This document shows positions 1 through 14,027 of a stretch of 64,000 nucleotides of DNA, in pieces. Each line of letters begins with the position of its first letter. Positions within the stretch are counted from its first letter, which is position 1. The notes under the pieces were generated by a model. That model worked only from the letters and a program-made list of their open reading frames with translations, had not been told where the DNA came from and made no database searches. Origin of the DNA: an uncultured delta proteobacterium (GTDB lineage Bacteria; Myxococcota; Myxococcia; Myxococcales; Anaeromyxobacteraceae); contig CAVYBH010000015.1 in NCBI GenBank assembly GCA_963766715.1, positions 128,001 through 192,000 on the forward strand. The letters are read 5' to 3'. The translations under genes and the position numbers were made by a program.

Positions 1-265
1 CGTCGCCACGGCGACGCCCGCAACGCCGGCCACCTGGAGGAAGCGTCTCCGGTCCATGACCATCCTTGCTGGCTCCCCGAGGGAGCCGTTGGATACCCGG
101 ACGGAGACTCTATCGTCGGGCATGCCGGATTTCCCGACGCGGCGCGCCACTTCCGGGTCGCGCGACCACGCGCTTCATCGAACTTCACGCCGTTCGAGGA
201 AGCCGGGGCGTTTCGAGAGGTTAGAGTGGGGGAACGGCATCGGGGAACTCGTTGGAGGAGCAAGC

Positions 266-1448
266 ATGAAGTCGAGACGGTGGATTCTCGGGGGCCTCGC
301 CCTGGTCGCGGTCGTCGCCGCGACGGCCTGGCTGGTTCGGTCCCGTTCCGCGGGTGCGGGCGCCGGTGCAGCCTCGGCGGGTGACGCCGCCGCCCAGCGG
401 GCCGTCCCGGTGGCCTCGGCCACCGTGGCCCGGCGCGACGTCCCGACCTGGCTCGAGGGGCTTGGAACGGCCTCGGCCTTCAAGACCATCACGGTCAAGT
501 CGCAGGTCGACGGCCGGCTCGATCACGTGCACTTCAAGGAAGGGGACGCCGTCAAGAAGGGCCAGCTCCTCGCCCAGATCGACCCCCGGCCGTTCGAGGT
601 CCAGCTCCACCAGGCGGAGGGGGCGCTGGCCCGCGACACGGCGCAGCTCGAGAACGCGCGCCTGAACCAGGCCCGGAACCAGGTCCTCTGGGACCGGCAG
701 CTCAACGCCCGATCGTCCCTCGACGACGCGACGGCGGCGGTCGGCCAGCTGGAGGGAACCGTCGCCGTGGATCGCGCGGCCATCGAGAGCGCGCGCCTCA
801 ACCTCGACTACGCCCGGATCATCTCGCCGGTCGACGGCGTCACCGGCGTGCGCCTCGTCGACCCCGGCAACCTGATCCGCGCCAGCGACGCCGGCGGGAT
901 CGTGGTGGTCACCCAGCTCGATCCCATCGCCGTCCTCTTCACGCTTCCGCAGGACGACCTGCCGCGGATCTCGGCCCAGATGAAGCGAGGCCGGCTCGAG
1001 GTCCAGGCCTTCAGCCGCGACGGCTCGACCCTGCTCGGGACGGGCTGGCTCGAGCTCGTCGACAACCAGATCAACCAGCACGACGGCCACGATCCGGCTG
1101 AAGGCCATCCTCCCGAACCCGGGCCGCGCGCTGTGGCCGAACCAGTTCGTGAAGGCCCGCCTCCTGCTCGGGACCCGCGCCGACGCGCTCGTCATCCCGG
1201 CCACGGCGCTCCAGCGCGGACCCACCGGGACCTTCGTCTACGTCATCGGGAAGGACGACACCGTGGCCGTCCGTCCCGTCCGCGCCGACCCGCCGCTGGG
1301 CCAGGTCGCCATCGTCGAGGAAGGCCTCGCCGAGGGCGAGCGGGTGGTCGCCGACGGGCAAGGCCAGCTCCGGCCGGGCGCCAAGGTCGCCCCGCGAGAC
1401 CGCCCGGCGGAGCCCGCAGCCTCGCCGGGAGAGACCAGGCCTCGATGA
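266..1448 (+). CDS. mdtA: RND efflux periplasmic adaptor (MdtA/MuxA family); frameshift near 1080
   Basis: GGAGGAG RBS before ATG 266; N-terminal [22 protein letters not shown] and VDNQIN motifs; C-terminus continues in ORF 1149-1448 ([12 protein letters not shown]); overlaps the next gene (ATGA). Confidence 0.9.
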
Positions 1449-4400
1449 GCGTCTCCGAGCTCTTCATCCGCCGCCCGGTCGCCACGTCCCTGCTCATGGT
1501 CGGCCTCCTCCTCGCGGGCGTGCTCGGGTACCACCAGCTGCCGGTCGCGGCGCTCCCGCAGGTCGACTACCCGACCATCGTCGTCTCGACCAGCCTGCCC
1601 GGCGCGAGCGCGGAGACGATGGCCTCGGCGGTGACCACGCCGCTCGAGCGCCAGTTCGGGCAGATGCCGTCGCTCACCCAGATGACGTCGGTCTCGAGCT
1701 TCGGGACCTCGCAGATCACGCTCCAGTTCGACCTCGATCGGTCCATCGACGCCGCCGAGCAGGACGTGCAGGCCGCCATCAACGCCGCGTCGAACCTGCT
1801 GCCCCGCGACCCTCCCCGCCCCGCCCACCTACAGCAAGAGCAACCCGGCCGACACGCCCATCCTCACCCTCAGCGTCAGCTCGGAGACCATGCCGCTCGA
1901 CCAGGTCGACGACGTCGCCGACTCGATCCTCGCCCAGAAGATCTCGCAGGTCCGGGCGTCGGGCTCGTCACCATCAACGGCGGGCAGAAGCCGGCCGTGC
2001 GCGTCCAGGTCGACCCGGCCGCGCTGGCGCGGGCACGGCCTGAGCCTCGAGGACGTCCGGCAGGTCGCTGGTCCAGGCCAACGTGAACCAGCCGAAGGGC
2101 AACCTCGACGGCCCGCGGCAGGACTTCACGCTCGCCACGAACGACCAGCTCGCCCAGGCGGCGAGCTTCCGCCCGCTCATCCTCGCCTACCGGGACGGCG
2201 CGCCCATCCGGCTGCAGGAGGTCGCCGACGTCATCGACGGGGTCGAGAACGCCCAGCTCGCCGGCTGGGCGAACGCCAGCCCGCGCGGTGATCCTCAACG
2301 TCCAGCGGCAGCCGGGCGCGAACGTCATCGAGGTCGCCGATCGCGTGAAGGCGCTCCTCCTCGCAGCTGGAGACGGCCATCCCCCGCGCCATCGACGTGC
2401 GGATCCTCAGCGATCGCACCGAGACGGTCCGCGCCTCGGTCGACGACGTCCAGTTCACGCTGCTCCTCAGCGTGATCCTGGTGGTGGCGGTGATCTACGT
2501 CTTCCTCGCAGCCTCCGCGCCACCGTCATCCCGGGCGTCGCCGTGCCGCTCTCGCTCGTCGGCACCTTCGGGGTCATGTACCTGTGCGGCTACAGCCTCG
2601 AACAACCTGTCGCTGATGGCGCTCACCATCTCGACCGGCTTCGTGGTCGACGACGCCATCGTCATGATCGAGAACATCTCGCGCTACGTCGAGGCGGGCG
2701 ATCCGCCCTTCGAGGCGGCGCTCAAGGGCGCGAAGCAGATCGGCTTCACGATCGTGTCCCTGACGGTGTCGCTCGTGGCGGTGCTCATCCCGCTGCTCTT
2801 CATGGGCGGCATCGTCGGACGGCTCTTCCGCGAGTTCGCGGTCACGCTCAGCATCGCCATCGGCGTGTCGGCCGTGCTCTCGCTCACCCTCACCGCCGAT
2901 GATGTGCGCCTACCTGCTGCGGCCGCACGAGGAGCCGGGGCGGCTCGCCGCCGTCTTCGAGCGCGGTTTCGACCGCACCCTCGCGGTCTACGACCGATCG
3001 CTCCAGTGGGTGCTGCGGCACCAGCCGCTCACGCTGGCCGTGACGGTGGCCACCCTCGCTCCTCACGCTCGCGCTCTGGCGTGGTCATCCCCAAGGGCTT
3101 CTTCCCGCAGCAGGACACCGGCCTCCTCATCGGGGTGTCCGAGGCCCCCGCCGATGTCTCCTTCGAAAGCATGACGCACGCGCCAGATGGCGCTGGCCGA
3201 CGTCGTCCGCTCCGACCCCGACGTGGTCTCGGTCGCCTCGTTCATCGGCGCCGACGGCACCAACGCCACCCCGAACAGCGGGCGGCTGTCCATCTCGCTC
3301 AGGCCCCGCGAGGACCGGAAGGCCAGCGCCGAGGAGATCATCGCCCGGCTCCGGCCGCGTCTCGCGGGCGTGGAGGGGATCGCCCTCTACCTCCAGCCGG
3401 TGCAGGACCTCCAGATCGACACGCGGGTGAGCCGGACCCAGTTCCAGTACACGCTCGAGGACGCCGACTCGTGGAGCTCGAGGAATGGGGGCCCCGGGTG
3501 CTCGGGAAGCTGCAGACCCTGCCCCAGCTCCGGGACGTGGCCAGCGACCTCCAGGCGGCCGGGCTCCAGGCCAGGCTCACCATCGACCGCGACACGGCCT
3601 CGCGCCTCGGGATCCTGCCGCAGGCCATCGACGACGTGCTCTACGACGCGTTCGGCCAGCGCCAGGTCTCCACCATCTTCACCCAGCTGAACCAGTATCG
3701 CGTCATCCTCGAGGTGAAGCCCGAGTTCCAGCAGGACCCGCAGGCCCTGGCCCACATCTACGTCCCCTCGCTGGGCGGGCGACCAGGTCCCGCTCTCGGC
3801 CTTCACCCATTTCGAGCCGGCGCGGAGCCCGCTCGCGGTGAGCCACCAGGGCCAGTTCCCGGCCGCCACCATCTCCTTCAACCTGTCGCCCGGCGTGGCG
3901 CTGGGCGAGGCCGTCGACGCCATCCACCGGGCCGAGCGGGAGATCGGGATGCCGCCGAGCATCCGCGCCCAGTTCGTCGGGACCGCCCAGGCCTTCCGCG
4001 AGTCGCTCGCCACCGCGCCCATCCTGATCCTGGCGGCGCTCATCACCGTCTACATCGTGCTGGGGGTGCTCTACGAGAGCTACATCCACCCCATCACGAT
4101 CCTCTCCACCCTACCCTCCGCCGGCGTGGGCGCCCTGCTCGCGCTCCTGCTCCTGCGCATCGACTTCAGCATCATCGCCCTCATCGGCGTCGTGCTGCTC
4201 ATCGGCATCGTGAAGAAGAACGCCATCATGATGATCGACTTCGCGCTCGAGGCCGAGCGGGAGCGGGGCGCCTCGCCGGAGGAGTCGATCTACCAGGCGT
4301 GCCTGCTCCGGTTCCGCCCCATCATGATGACCACCATGGCCGCCCTCCTGGGCGGCCTCCCGCTCGCGCTGGGCACCGGCTCCGGCTCCGAGCTGCGGCG

Positions 4401-4557
4401 GCCGCTCGGCATCTCCATCGTCGGCGGCCTCCTCATCTCGCAGCTGCTGACCCTCTACACGACCCCCGTCGTCTACCTCTACATGGACCGCCTGGCGCGG
4501 CTGCTGAAGCGCCGGCGCTCCCCCAGGCCGGCGGAGTCGACCCCCGGGACGCCGTGA
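1445..4557 (+). CDS. mdtB: RND efflux permease (MdtB family); several indel frameshifts
   Basis: [56 protein letters not shown] and [10 protein letters not shown] spread over ORF fragments. Confidence 0.9.
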
Positions 4558-7500
4558 ACATCTCGGAACCCTTCATCCGGCGGCCGATCGCCACCTCGCT
4601 CCTCGCGGCGGCCATCCTGATGGCCGGCGGCACGGCCTTCACCCAGCTCCCGGTGGCGCCGCTCCCGCGGGTCGACTTCCCCACCATCTCCGTGGGCGCG
4701 AGCCTCCCCGGGGCGAGCCCGGAGACCATGGCCTCGTCGGTGGCCACGCCGCTCGAGCGCCGCTTCGGACGCATCGCCGGGCTGGCCGAGATGACCTCGG
4801 TGAGCTCGCTCGGCGCGGTGGGGATCACGCTCCAGTTCGACCTGGACCGGGACGTCGACGCCGCGGGGCGGGACGTGCAGGCGGCGATCAACGCCGCCAT
4901 GGGCGACCTGCCCCCGAACCTCCCGAGCCGGCCCAGCTACCGGAAGGTGAACCCCTCCGACGCCCCCATCCTGATCATCTCCCTCACCTCGAAGACCCTC
5001 CCCCTCTCCAAGGTCTACGACGTCACCAACAACATCCTGGCGCAGAAAATCTCCCAGGTCCCCGGGGTGGGGCAGGTTTTCGTGGGAGGCGGCCAGCAAC
5101 CTGCGGTGCGGGTCCAGGTCGATCCGGCCGCGCTGGCCGGGCTGGGGCTCGGGATGGAGGACGTGCGCGCGCTGCTCGCCCAGGCGACGGTCGACTCGCC
5201 CAAGGGCTCGCTCGCCGGGCCGGTGCAGGCGCAGAGCATCGCCGCCAACGACCAGCTCCCGCGGGCGGCCCTCTACGCGCCCCTCATCCTCGCCTACCGC
5301 AACGGCGCCGCCGTGCGGCTGGGCGACGTGGCCAACGTCATCGACGGCGTCGAGAACAACCGGGTGGCCGCCTGGACCAACGGCGTGCGCTCGGTGTCGA
5401 TCTTCGTCCGGCGGCAGCCGGGGGCGAACATCATCGAGGTCGTCGACCGGGTGAAGGCGCTCCTGCCCGAGCTGACGCACTCGGTCTCCCCGGCCATCGA
5501 CTGGCAGGTCGCCCTCGACCGCAGCCAGACCATCCGCGCCTCGGTGCGGGACGTGGAGCTCACGCTGCTCCTCAGCGTGATCCTGGTCGTGCTCGTGGTC
5601 TTCGCCTTCCTGAGGAGCGGCTGGGCCACGCTCATCCCCAGCGTGGTCGTCCCGCTCTCCCTCGTCGGCACCTTCGGCGCGATGTACCTGCTCGGCTACA
5701 GCCTGAACAACCTGTCGCTGATGGCGCTCACCATCGCCACGGGCTTCGTGGTCGACGACGCCATCGTGGTCACCGAGAACGTGACCCGCTTCATCGAGCG
5801 GGGAGATCCGCCCTTCACCGCCGCCATCCAGGGCGCGAGGCAGATCGGGTTCACCATCGTCTCGATCACCGCCTCGCTGCTCGCGGTCTTCATTCCCATC
5901 CTCCTCATGGGCGGAATCGTCGGGCGGCTCTTCCGCGAGTTCGCCGTGACCCTGAGCGTCGCCATCGCCATCTCGGCGGTCATCTCGCTCACGCTCACGC
6001 CGATGATGGCGGCACGCCTGCTCCGGGGGCGCGCGGAGGAGCGCCACGGACGCCTCTACCAGGCATCCGAGCGCTTCTTCGAGGGCCTGCTCGGCTGGTA
6101 CGCCCGGAACCTCCGGTGGGTCCTCGACCACCAGCCGCTCATGCTCGCCGTGACCGGCGCGGCCGCGGTCCTGACCGTGGGGCTCTACGTGGCCGTTCCC
6201 AAGGGGCTCTTTCCCCAGCAGGACACGGGCGTCCTCTCCGGCGTCACCGACGCGCCCCAGGACGTCTCCTTTCCGGCCATGCGGGATCGGCAGGAGGCGA
6301 TCAACAAGGTGGTGCTCGCCAACCCGAACGTCGAGCCACCTGGTCTCGTTCATCGGAGGCGGCGGGGCGGTCATGAACAACGGCTTCGTCTTCATCGAGC
6401 TGAAGCCCATGTCGGAGCGGAGCGCGACCGCCGACCAGGTCATCGGCGAGCTGCGGCCCAAGCTCGCCCAGGTGCCCGGCGTCGCCCTGTACCTCCAGTC
6501 GGTCCAGGACGTCCGGGTCGGCGGCCGGCTCTCCCGGACCCAGTACCAGTACACCCTCCAGGACGCGAACCTCGACGAGCTGAACGAGTGGGCCCCGCGC
6601 GTCTACGAGCGGCTGCGCGCGCTCCCGGAGCTCCGCGACGTCACCTCCGACCAGCAGACGAACGCCCTCCAGCTCTCCGTCGACATCGACCGCGACACGG
6701 CCTCCCGCCTCGGCATCCTCCCCCAGGGCGTGGACAACGCGCTCTACGACGCCTTCGGCCAGCGCCAGGTCGCGACCATCTTCACCCAGCTGAACCAGTA
6801 CCGCGTGGTCCTCGAGGTGAAGCCGGAATCTGCAGACCGAGCCGCAGGCGCTCGACCGCGTGTACGTGAAGTCCCAGTCGGGCGCCCAGGTCCCCCTCGC
6901 CGCCATCGCGCGCTACCGCCAGGACCGGACGCTGCTCTCGGTGAGCCACCAGGGGCAGTTCCCGGCCGTCACCCTCTCGTTCAACCTCGCACCCGGCGTG
7001 GCGCTCGGGCCAGGCCATCGACGCCATCCGCAAGGCCGAGTCGGAGATCGGGGTGCCGGCGTCCATCCGCGCCTCGTTCCAGGGGACGGCCCAGGCCTTC
7101 CAGCAATCGCTGGCGATCCATGCCGCATCCTCATCCTGGCGGCGCTCTTCGCCGTCTACATCGTCCTCGGGGTCCTCTACGAGAGCTTGATCCACCCCAT
7201 CACCATCCTCTCGACCCTGCCGTCCGCCGGCGTCGGCGCGCTGCTGGCGCTCCTGCGTCTTCGAGACCGAGTTCAGCGTCATCGCGCTCATCGGGATCAT
7301 CCTGCTCATCGGCATCGTGAAGAAGAACGCGATCATGATGATCGACTTCGCCATCGAGGCCGAGCGCGAGCGAGGGCTCTCCAGCCGCGAGGCGATCTAC
7401 GAGGCGTGCCTCCTCCGGCTTCCGCCCGATCATGATGACCACGATGGCGGCCCTCCTGGGCGGCGCTCCCGCTCGCCCTCGGCGGCGGCACGGGCGCGGA

Positions 7501-7669
7501 GATGCGCCGCCCCCTCGGCATCGCGATCGTGGGCGGCCTCGTCTTCTCCCAGGCGTTGACCCTCTTCACCACGCCCGTCGTCTACCTCACGCTCGACCGC
7601 TTCTCGCGGCGGCGCAGGGGGACGGCGGCTGACCCCGTCCCGGAGGCGGGAACCGGACCGACGGGCTAG
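4554..7669 (+). CDS. mdtC: RND efflux permease (MdtC family); several indel frameshifts
   Basis: GTG start [17 protein letters not shown]; paralog of the upstream permease; ends [15 protein letters not shown]...TG* (TAG 7667-7669). Confidence 0.88.
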
Positions 7670-7757
7670 GCGGAAGAACGAACGCTTACCGTATTTCCGC
7701 GTGCACTTCACCCAGGGCGAAGTAAGGAGAGCCGCTCGAACCCTGGAGGGGGCCCAC

Positions 7758-8204
7758 ATGCGCGGATCTTCCGCCGTCGTCGCCGCTGCACTCTTGCTGA
7801 TCGGTGGTCTCGCGCGCGCGGAGGGCATGCCGGTCAGCACCGACGGCACGAACCCGAGAACCTGGGACCCCGCCCTCGACGCGGTGAAGTCGGGTGCGAG
7901 GAACCACAAGGTCATCTACGAGGACCAGGACATCCGCGTCCTCTCGGTGACCGTCGCGCCGGGCGAGGTCGAGCTGGCGCATCACCACCAGTGGCCGAGC
8001 GTGCTCGTCTTCGTCTCCCTCACCGGCTACGAGAACCGCGACGCGAACGGGATCGAGATCCCCCGGACGGTCGTGCCCGGGGAGAAGGTGGAGCAGCCGA
8101 TCGTGGCCCGGCTCCCGCCGGAGGCCGCGCACGCCGTGACCAACAAGGGCACGGTCCCGCTGCGGCTGATCCGCATCGAGTACAAGAACGGCTTCCCCAG
8201 GTAG
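7758..8204 (+). CDS. Exported cupin-fold protein
   Basis: GGAGG RBS; signal peptide; cupin-like segments VLSVTVAPGEVELAHHHQWP and PPEAAHAVTNKG. Confidence 0.7.
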   Translation: MRGSSAVVAAALLLIGGLARAEGMPVSTDGTNPRTWDPALDAVKSGARNHKVIYEDQDIRVLSVTVAPGEVELAHHHQWPSVLVFVSLTGYENRDANGIEIPRTVVPGEKVEQPIVARLPPEAAHAVTNKGTVPLRLIRIEYKNGFPR

Positions 8205-8260
8205 TCCCGAGATTCCCGCAGCACAGCGGTCCCACGCCGTCCGTTCCCCTGGAGTGAAAG

Positions 8261-8728
8261 ATGACGCCGATGCACGTCCGGATCTGGAAGCCTCTCCTCG
8301 CCGCAGCCGCCATGGCCTTCGCCACCGTCGCCCAGGCCGACCTCACCCCGTGGAAGGACTACGAGCTGAGCGACGCCGTCTGGCAGGTCTCCACCATCAA
8401 GGTCGAGCCCGGCATGGGGGACGTCTACCTGGAGGGGCTGAAGAAGACCTGGGTGGCGGGGATGGAGCTGCGGAAGAAGCTCGGCTACATCGAGGACTAC
8501 CAGATCCTCTGGAGCGACCTCCCGCAGAGCGGCGAGTTCAACGTCCTGCTCATCGTGAAGTTCAAGAACTCGGCCGACCTCGCGCCGAACAAGGCCAAGT
8601 ACGAGGCCTTCATGAAGGAGTGGGGCGAGACGCGCCAGAAGGAGGCGAAGGACCTCCAGCAGAAGGTCTATCCCGGCGCTCGCAAGATCGTGGGGCAGTA
8701 CGACTTCCGCCAGGTGACGCTGAAGTAG
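8261..8728 (+). CDS. Conserved hypothetical exported protein
   Basis: 155 aa ORF with signal peptide (AVAQA) and high-GC3 codon pattern. Confidence 0.75.
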   Translation: MTPMHVRIWKPLLAAAAMAFATVAQADLTPWKDYELSDAVWQVSTIKVEPGMGDVYLEGLKKTWVAGMELRKKLGYIEDYQILWSDLPQSGEFNVLLIVKFKNSADLAPNKAKYEAFMKEWGETRQKEAKDLQQKVYPGARKIVGQYDFRQVTLK

Positions 8729-8769
8729 CCGCGGATCACCCGGAGACCGATGCCGTGACGACCCAGGCC

Positions 8770-9489
8770 ATGGCGCGAAGCCGCGCCTCTGCGGAGCACC
8801 TGTTCTTCACGGGCATGTCGTTCGCCATCCTGGGCGCGGTCTTCCTGGGCTTCTCCCGGAGCTTCTTCCTCCGGCCCCTCTTCGCGCCGCGCGGCGCGCC
8901 GGAGGGGTTCTTCTTCCTGCACGGCGCGATCTTCGCGGCCTGGTTCGTGCTGCTCGCCGTCCAGTCCTCGCTCGTCGGGCTGCGGCGAACCGGCTTGCAC
9001 CGCCAGCTCGGCTGGGTGGGAGCGGCGCTCCTGGTCGCGATGGTGGCGACGGGCGTCGAGGGCGCGCTCATCGCGGCTCGCAGGCCGGGCGGGTTCGTGG
9101 ACATCCCCGTCCCACCGCTCCGGTTCCTCGCAATCCCCATGACCGAGATGGTGCTCTTCCCGGCGCTGATCGGGACGGCCATCGCGCTCCGGCGCGATCC
9201 GCAGAGCCACAAGCGGCTCATGCTCATCGGTTCCATCTCCATCATCACGGCCGCGGTCGCCCGCTGGCCGTTCGCCATCATGCAGGCGGGGCCACCGGCG
9301 TTCCTCGGGATCACCGACCTGTTCCTCTTGCCGATCGTCGCCTGGGACCTGTACACGCGGCGGCGGCTTCATCCGGCCACGCTGTGGGCGGGCCTGGCCC
9401 TGCTCGTCTCGCAACCCCTGCGGCTCTGGGTGTCGGGCACCGACGCCTGGATGGCCTTCGCGAGGTGGGCCACCGGCGCAGGGAGCTGA
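8770..9489 (+). CDS. Hypothetical integral membrane protein (~6-7 TM)
   Basis: Hydrophobic C-terminal part of ORF 8254-9489; contains LHRQLGW and HKRLML motifs. Confidence 0.75.
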   Translation: MARSRASAEHLFFTGMSFAILGAVFLGFSRSFFLRPLFAPRGAPEGFFFLHGAIFAAWFVLLAVQSSLVGLRRTGLHRQLGWVGAALLVAMVATGVEGALIAARRPGGFVDIPVPPLRFLAIPMTEMVLFPALIGTAIALRRDPQSHKRLMLIGSISIITAAVARWPFAIMQAGPPAFLGITDLFLLPIVAWDLYTRRRLHPATLWAGLALLVSQPLRLWVSGTDAWMAFARWATGAGS

Positions 9490-9510
9490 GAGCGCGGCGC
9501 TGGAAACGAA

Positions 9511-9552
9511 GCGCTCCGGGCGGGGGCCGATTCGACCCTTCACCCGGAGCGC
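9511..9552 (-). terminator. Probable intrinsic terminator between convergent genes
   Basis: GCGCTCCGGG...CCCGGAGCGC stem, followed by TTCGTTT on the minus strand. Confidence 0.55.
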
Positions 9553-9581
9553 GAGCTCCGCGAATCGAGACGTCGTCCTGC

Positions 9582-9912
9582 CTACTTCACGGCCTTGACT
9601 GCGTCGTCGGCGGCCTTCTTCGTGGTCTTCGAGGTGTCGTCCGCGGCCTTCTTGGTGCTCTTGGCGGCGTCGTCGCTGACCTTCTTGGTCTTGTCGCCGG
9701 CGTCCTTCGTGGCCTTCTTCGTGCTCTTGGCGGCGTCGTCGCTGGCCTTCTTGGTCTCGTTGACCGGCGTCGTCGCCGGCCTTGGTGGTGGCCTTGGCGG
9801 CGTCGTCGCCGGCCTTCTTGGTGGCGTCGACGGCCTTGGTCACGTCGTCGGCGAACGCGGGGGCGGCGGCGGCGAAGGCGACGGCGACGATGGCGCTCAG
9901 GATCTTCTTCAT
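9582..9912 (-). CDS. Exported 11-mer repeat, LEA-like hydrophilic protein; frameshift near 9765
   Basis: AAGGAG RBS; signal peptide MKKILSAIVAVAFAAAAPAFA; about seven TKKA(G/S/A)DDAAKx 11-aa repeats. Confidence 0.75.
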
Positions 9913-10153
9913 GGCGGATGCTCCTTGGAACGGGGGAGGCAGCGCAACCTGCGCTGGGTCCTCTCCGGTAGCACCCAGGATGCCAAGGGCCAGATCCGGG
10001 CAAGTCTCTGGAATTCCGGGCCTCGAGCCCGAGGCCCGCCAGCCGGAACCGATGTTTTCGGGGAGATCGTGGACGATCCCCCGGGCCTGCTGGGGGATCA
10101 CGCCACGCCCGGATGGGGGCACGTCGGCCTGCGGCCGACGGCCTCGACCGCGG

Positions 10154-10273
10154 CTACGTCGAGTAGAGGAACGCCACCACGGCGATGGCTGCGATGGCCC
10201 CGATCGCCACGGAGATGCGCGTGTTGGTGGACCAGGTCTTCCAGCCGGTACCGCTCGTCGTCGTCGTGGTCAT
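10154..10273 (-). CDS. Small single-TM protein, 39 aa (MTTTTTSGTGWKTWSTNTRISVAIGAIAAIAVVAFLYST)
   Basis: Read manually; AAGGAAG RBS before ATG; GC3-rich codons; too short for the ORF track. Confidence 0.55.
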   Translation of the reverse strand: MTTTTTSGTGWKTWSTNTRISVAIGAIAAIAVVAFLYST

Positions 10274-10498
10274 GGACTTCCTTCTGCACGCAGTGACCTG
10301 CGGGCGATCTGCATCGTGGGGGTGCGGGGGTGAACCTGCACCATGCGCCCTTATTTACCATTCGTACATGGCCCCAACGCCCGTGCGGGGAGCGGAGACC
10401 GGGCCGCGACGGAATTCGCGCCTGAGTTGATGCGCTTGAGGCGATGGGACCCACCCGGACGCGGCGGTCGCCCCCGGGCGTTGTAGTAGCCTGGACCC

Positions 10499-11959
10499 AT
10501 GACGAACGAGGAGATGCCCATCGTGACGCAGCGATTCCCAGCGCTCGCCTGGACCTGCATCGCCGCCGCCTTGCTGCTCTGCGCCGGCGTCGCCCGGGCG
10601 GAGGAGTCGCGCGCGGCCGCGACGTCGCCGGTCCTGCACGAGCTCAACACGGCGGTGGCGAAGCTCGTCTCCCGGGTCTCCCCGGCGGTCGTGCAGGTCC
10701 GGGTCACCGGCTATGGGCCCGCGGCCGAGGGCGGCGTCGAGGGGCCGCTGGTGGCGCGACAGCGAACCATCGGGTCCGGGGTGATCGTGGACCCGAACGG
10801 CTACGTGCTCACGAACGCGCACGTCATCCACGGGGCGCAGCGGATCCAGGTCGTGCTCCCCGGAAGGGCGGACGGCGAGCGCGGCGCCCCGGGGACCCGC
10901 CAGCGCATCTACGAGGCCCGGGTGGTGGGAACGCAGCCGGGCATCGACCTGGCGCTCCTGCGCATCCAGGCGACCGGGCTCCCCACCATCCCGCTCGACC
11001 CGGCGGCCAAGGTGCGGCAGGGCGAGCTGGTCTTCGCCATCGGCAGCCCACAGGGGCTCGCCAGCACCGTCACCATGGGCGTGGTCTCCTCCGCTGCCCG
11101 GCAGATCGACATGCCGACGCCGCTGGCGATTCCCATGCTCCTCATCCAGACCGACGCGCCCATCAATCCGGGAAACAGCGGCGGCCCGCTGGTGAACGCG
11201 GACGGCATGCTGGTCGGCATCAACACCTTCATCTTCAGCCAGTCGGGGGGCAACCAGGGACTCGGCTTCGCCATCCCCGCGCCGATGGTCCGGTTCGCCT
11301 ACGACAGCCTCCGGAGGTACGGCCACGTCCGCCGGATCGAGGCGGGCATCTCGGCCCAGGCGGTGACGCCGACCCTCGCCGCAGGACTGGGCCTGGCCCG
11401 GGACTGGGGCGTGGTGGTCGCCGACGTCGGACCCGGGACCGCGGCCTTCGCCGCCGGCGTGAAGCCCGGTGACGTCATCGAGACCTTCGACGGCCACGTG
11501 ATCGACAGCCTCCCGGCGCTGACCGGGGCGCTCTTCCTCCACCCGGTGGAGGAACCGGTGTCGCTGGGAATCCTGCGCGGCGACGAGCGCCTCACCATCC
11601 TGGTGGATGCGCCGGAGGCGAAGCAGCCCACCGATCAGCTGGCCGACCTGGCCAACCCCGACAAGGGGCTCGTCCCGAGGCTGGGGATCCTCGGGGTGGA
11701 CGTGACCGAGAAGCTCGGCGGCATCCTGCCGCCGCTGCGGATCCCGGGCGGCGTGGTCGTCGCGGCCAGGACGCTCGAGGGCACGAGCCAGAACGTCGGC
11801 CTCCAGCCCGGCGACGTCATCCACGCCGTGAACCAGGCGCCCATCCCGTCGCTCGAGTCGCTGCGTCAGGTGATCCAGGCCTTCAAGCCGGGCGACTCGG
11901 TCGTCCTCTACGTCGAGCGGCAAGGACGGCTGACCTACCTGCCGTTCGAGATCGACTGA
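10499..11959 (+). CDS. HtrA/DegP/DegQ-family serine protease with two PDZ domains
   Basis: TNAHV, DLALL and GNSGG triad motifs; IQTDAPINPG; PDZ segments. Confidence 0.92.
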   Translation: MTNEEMPIVTQRFPALAWTCIAAALLLCAGVARAEESRAAATSPVLHELNTAVAKLVSRVSPAVVQVRVTGYGPAAEGGVEGPLVARQRTIGSGVIVDPNGYVLTNAHVIHGAQRIQVVLPGRADGERGAPGTRQRIYEARVVGTQPGIDLALLRIQATGLPTIPLDPAAKVRQGELVFAIGSPQGLASTVTMGVVSSAARQIDMPTPLAIPMLLIQTDAPINPGNSGGPLVNADGMLVGINTFIFSQSGGNQGLGFAIPAPMVRFAYDSLRRYGHVRRIEAGISAQAVTPTLAAGLGLARDWGVVVADVGPGTAAFAAGVKPGDVIETFDGHVIDSLPALTGALFLHPVEEPVSLGILRGDERLTILVDAPEAKQPTDQLADLANPDKGLVPRLGILGVDVTEKLGGILPPLRIPGGVVVAARTLEGTSQNVGLQPGDVIHAVNQAPIPSLESLRQVIQAFKPGDSVVLYVERQGRLTYLPFEID

Positions 11960-11965
11960 TCCGCC

Positions 11966-13848
<1,883 letters not shown>

Positions 13849-14027
13849 TGGGGGCAACTTGCCCGATCCGGGAAATCCGCCCGAGCATCATGAAGGGTTC
13901 CCTCGAAAGGGGCCCGCAGTGCGGACCGAGAGCCAGGCCAGCGCGCCGGAGGGGGCGAAAGCGCTCGTTGGCGCGGGCGAGCGGCAGGAGACGTGGCGGC
14001 TGTCTCCTGCAGCGCTAAGGAGCCTTC

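Noticed and set aside
1445..7669. Long near-duplicate DNA segments
   Set aside because: Explained by the ordinary paralogy of MdtB and MdtC
9590..9850. 33-bp periodic repeats as a CRISPR array
   Set aside because: They are degenerate tandem coding repeats with no spacers and no cas genes
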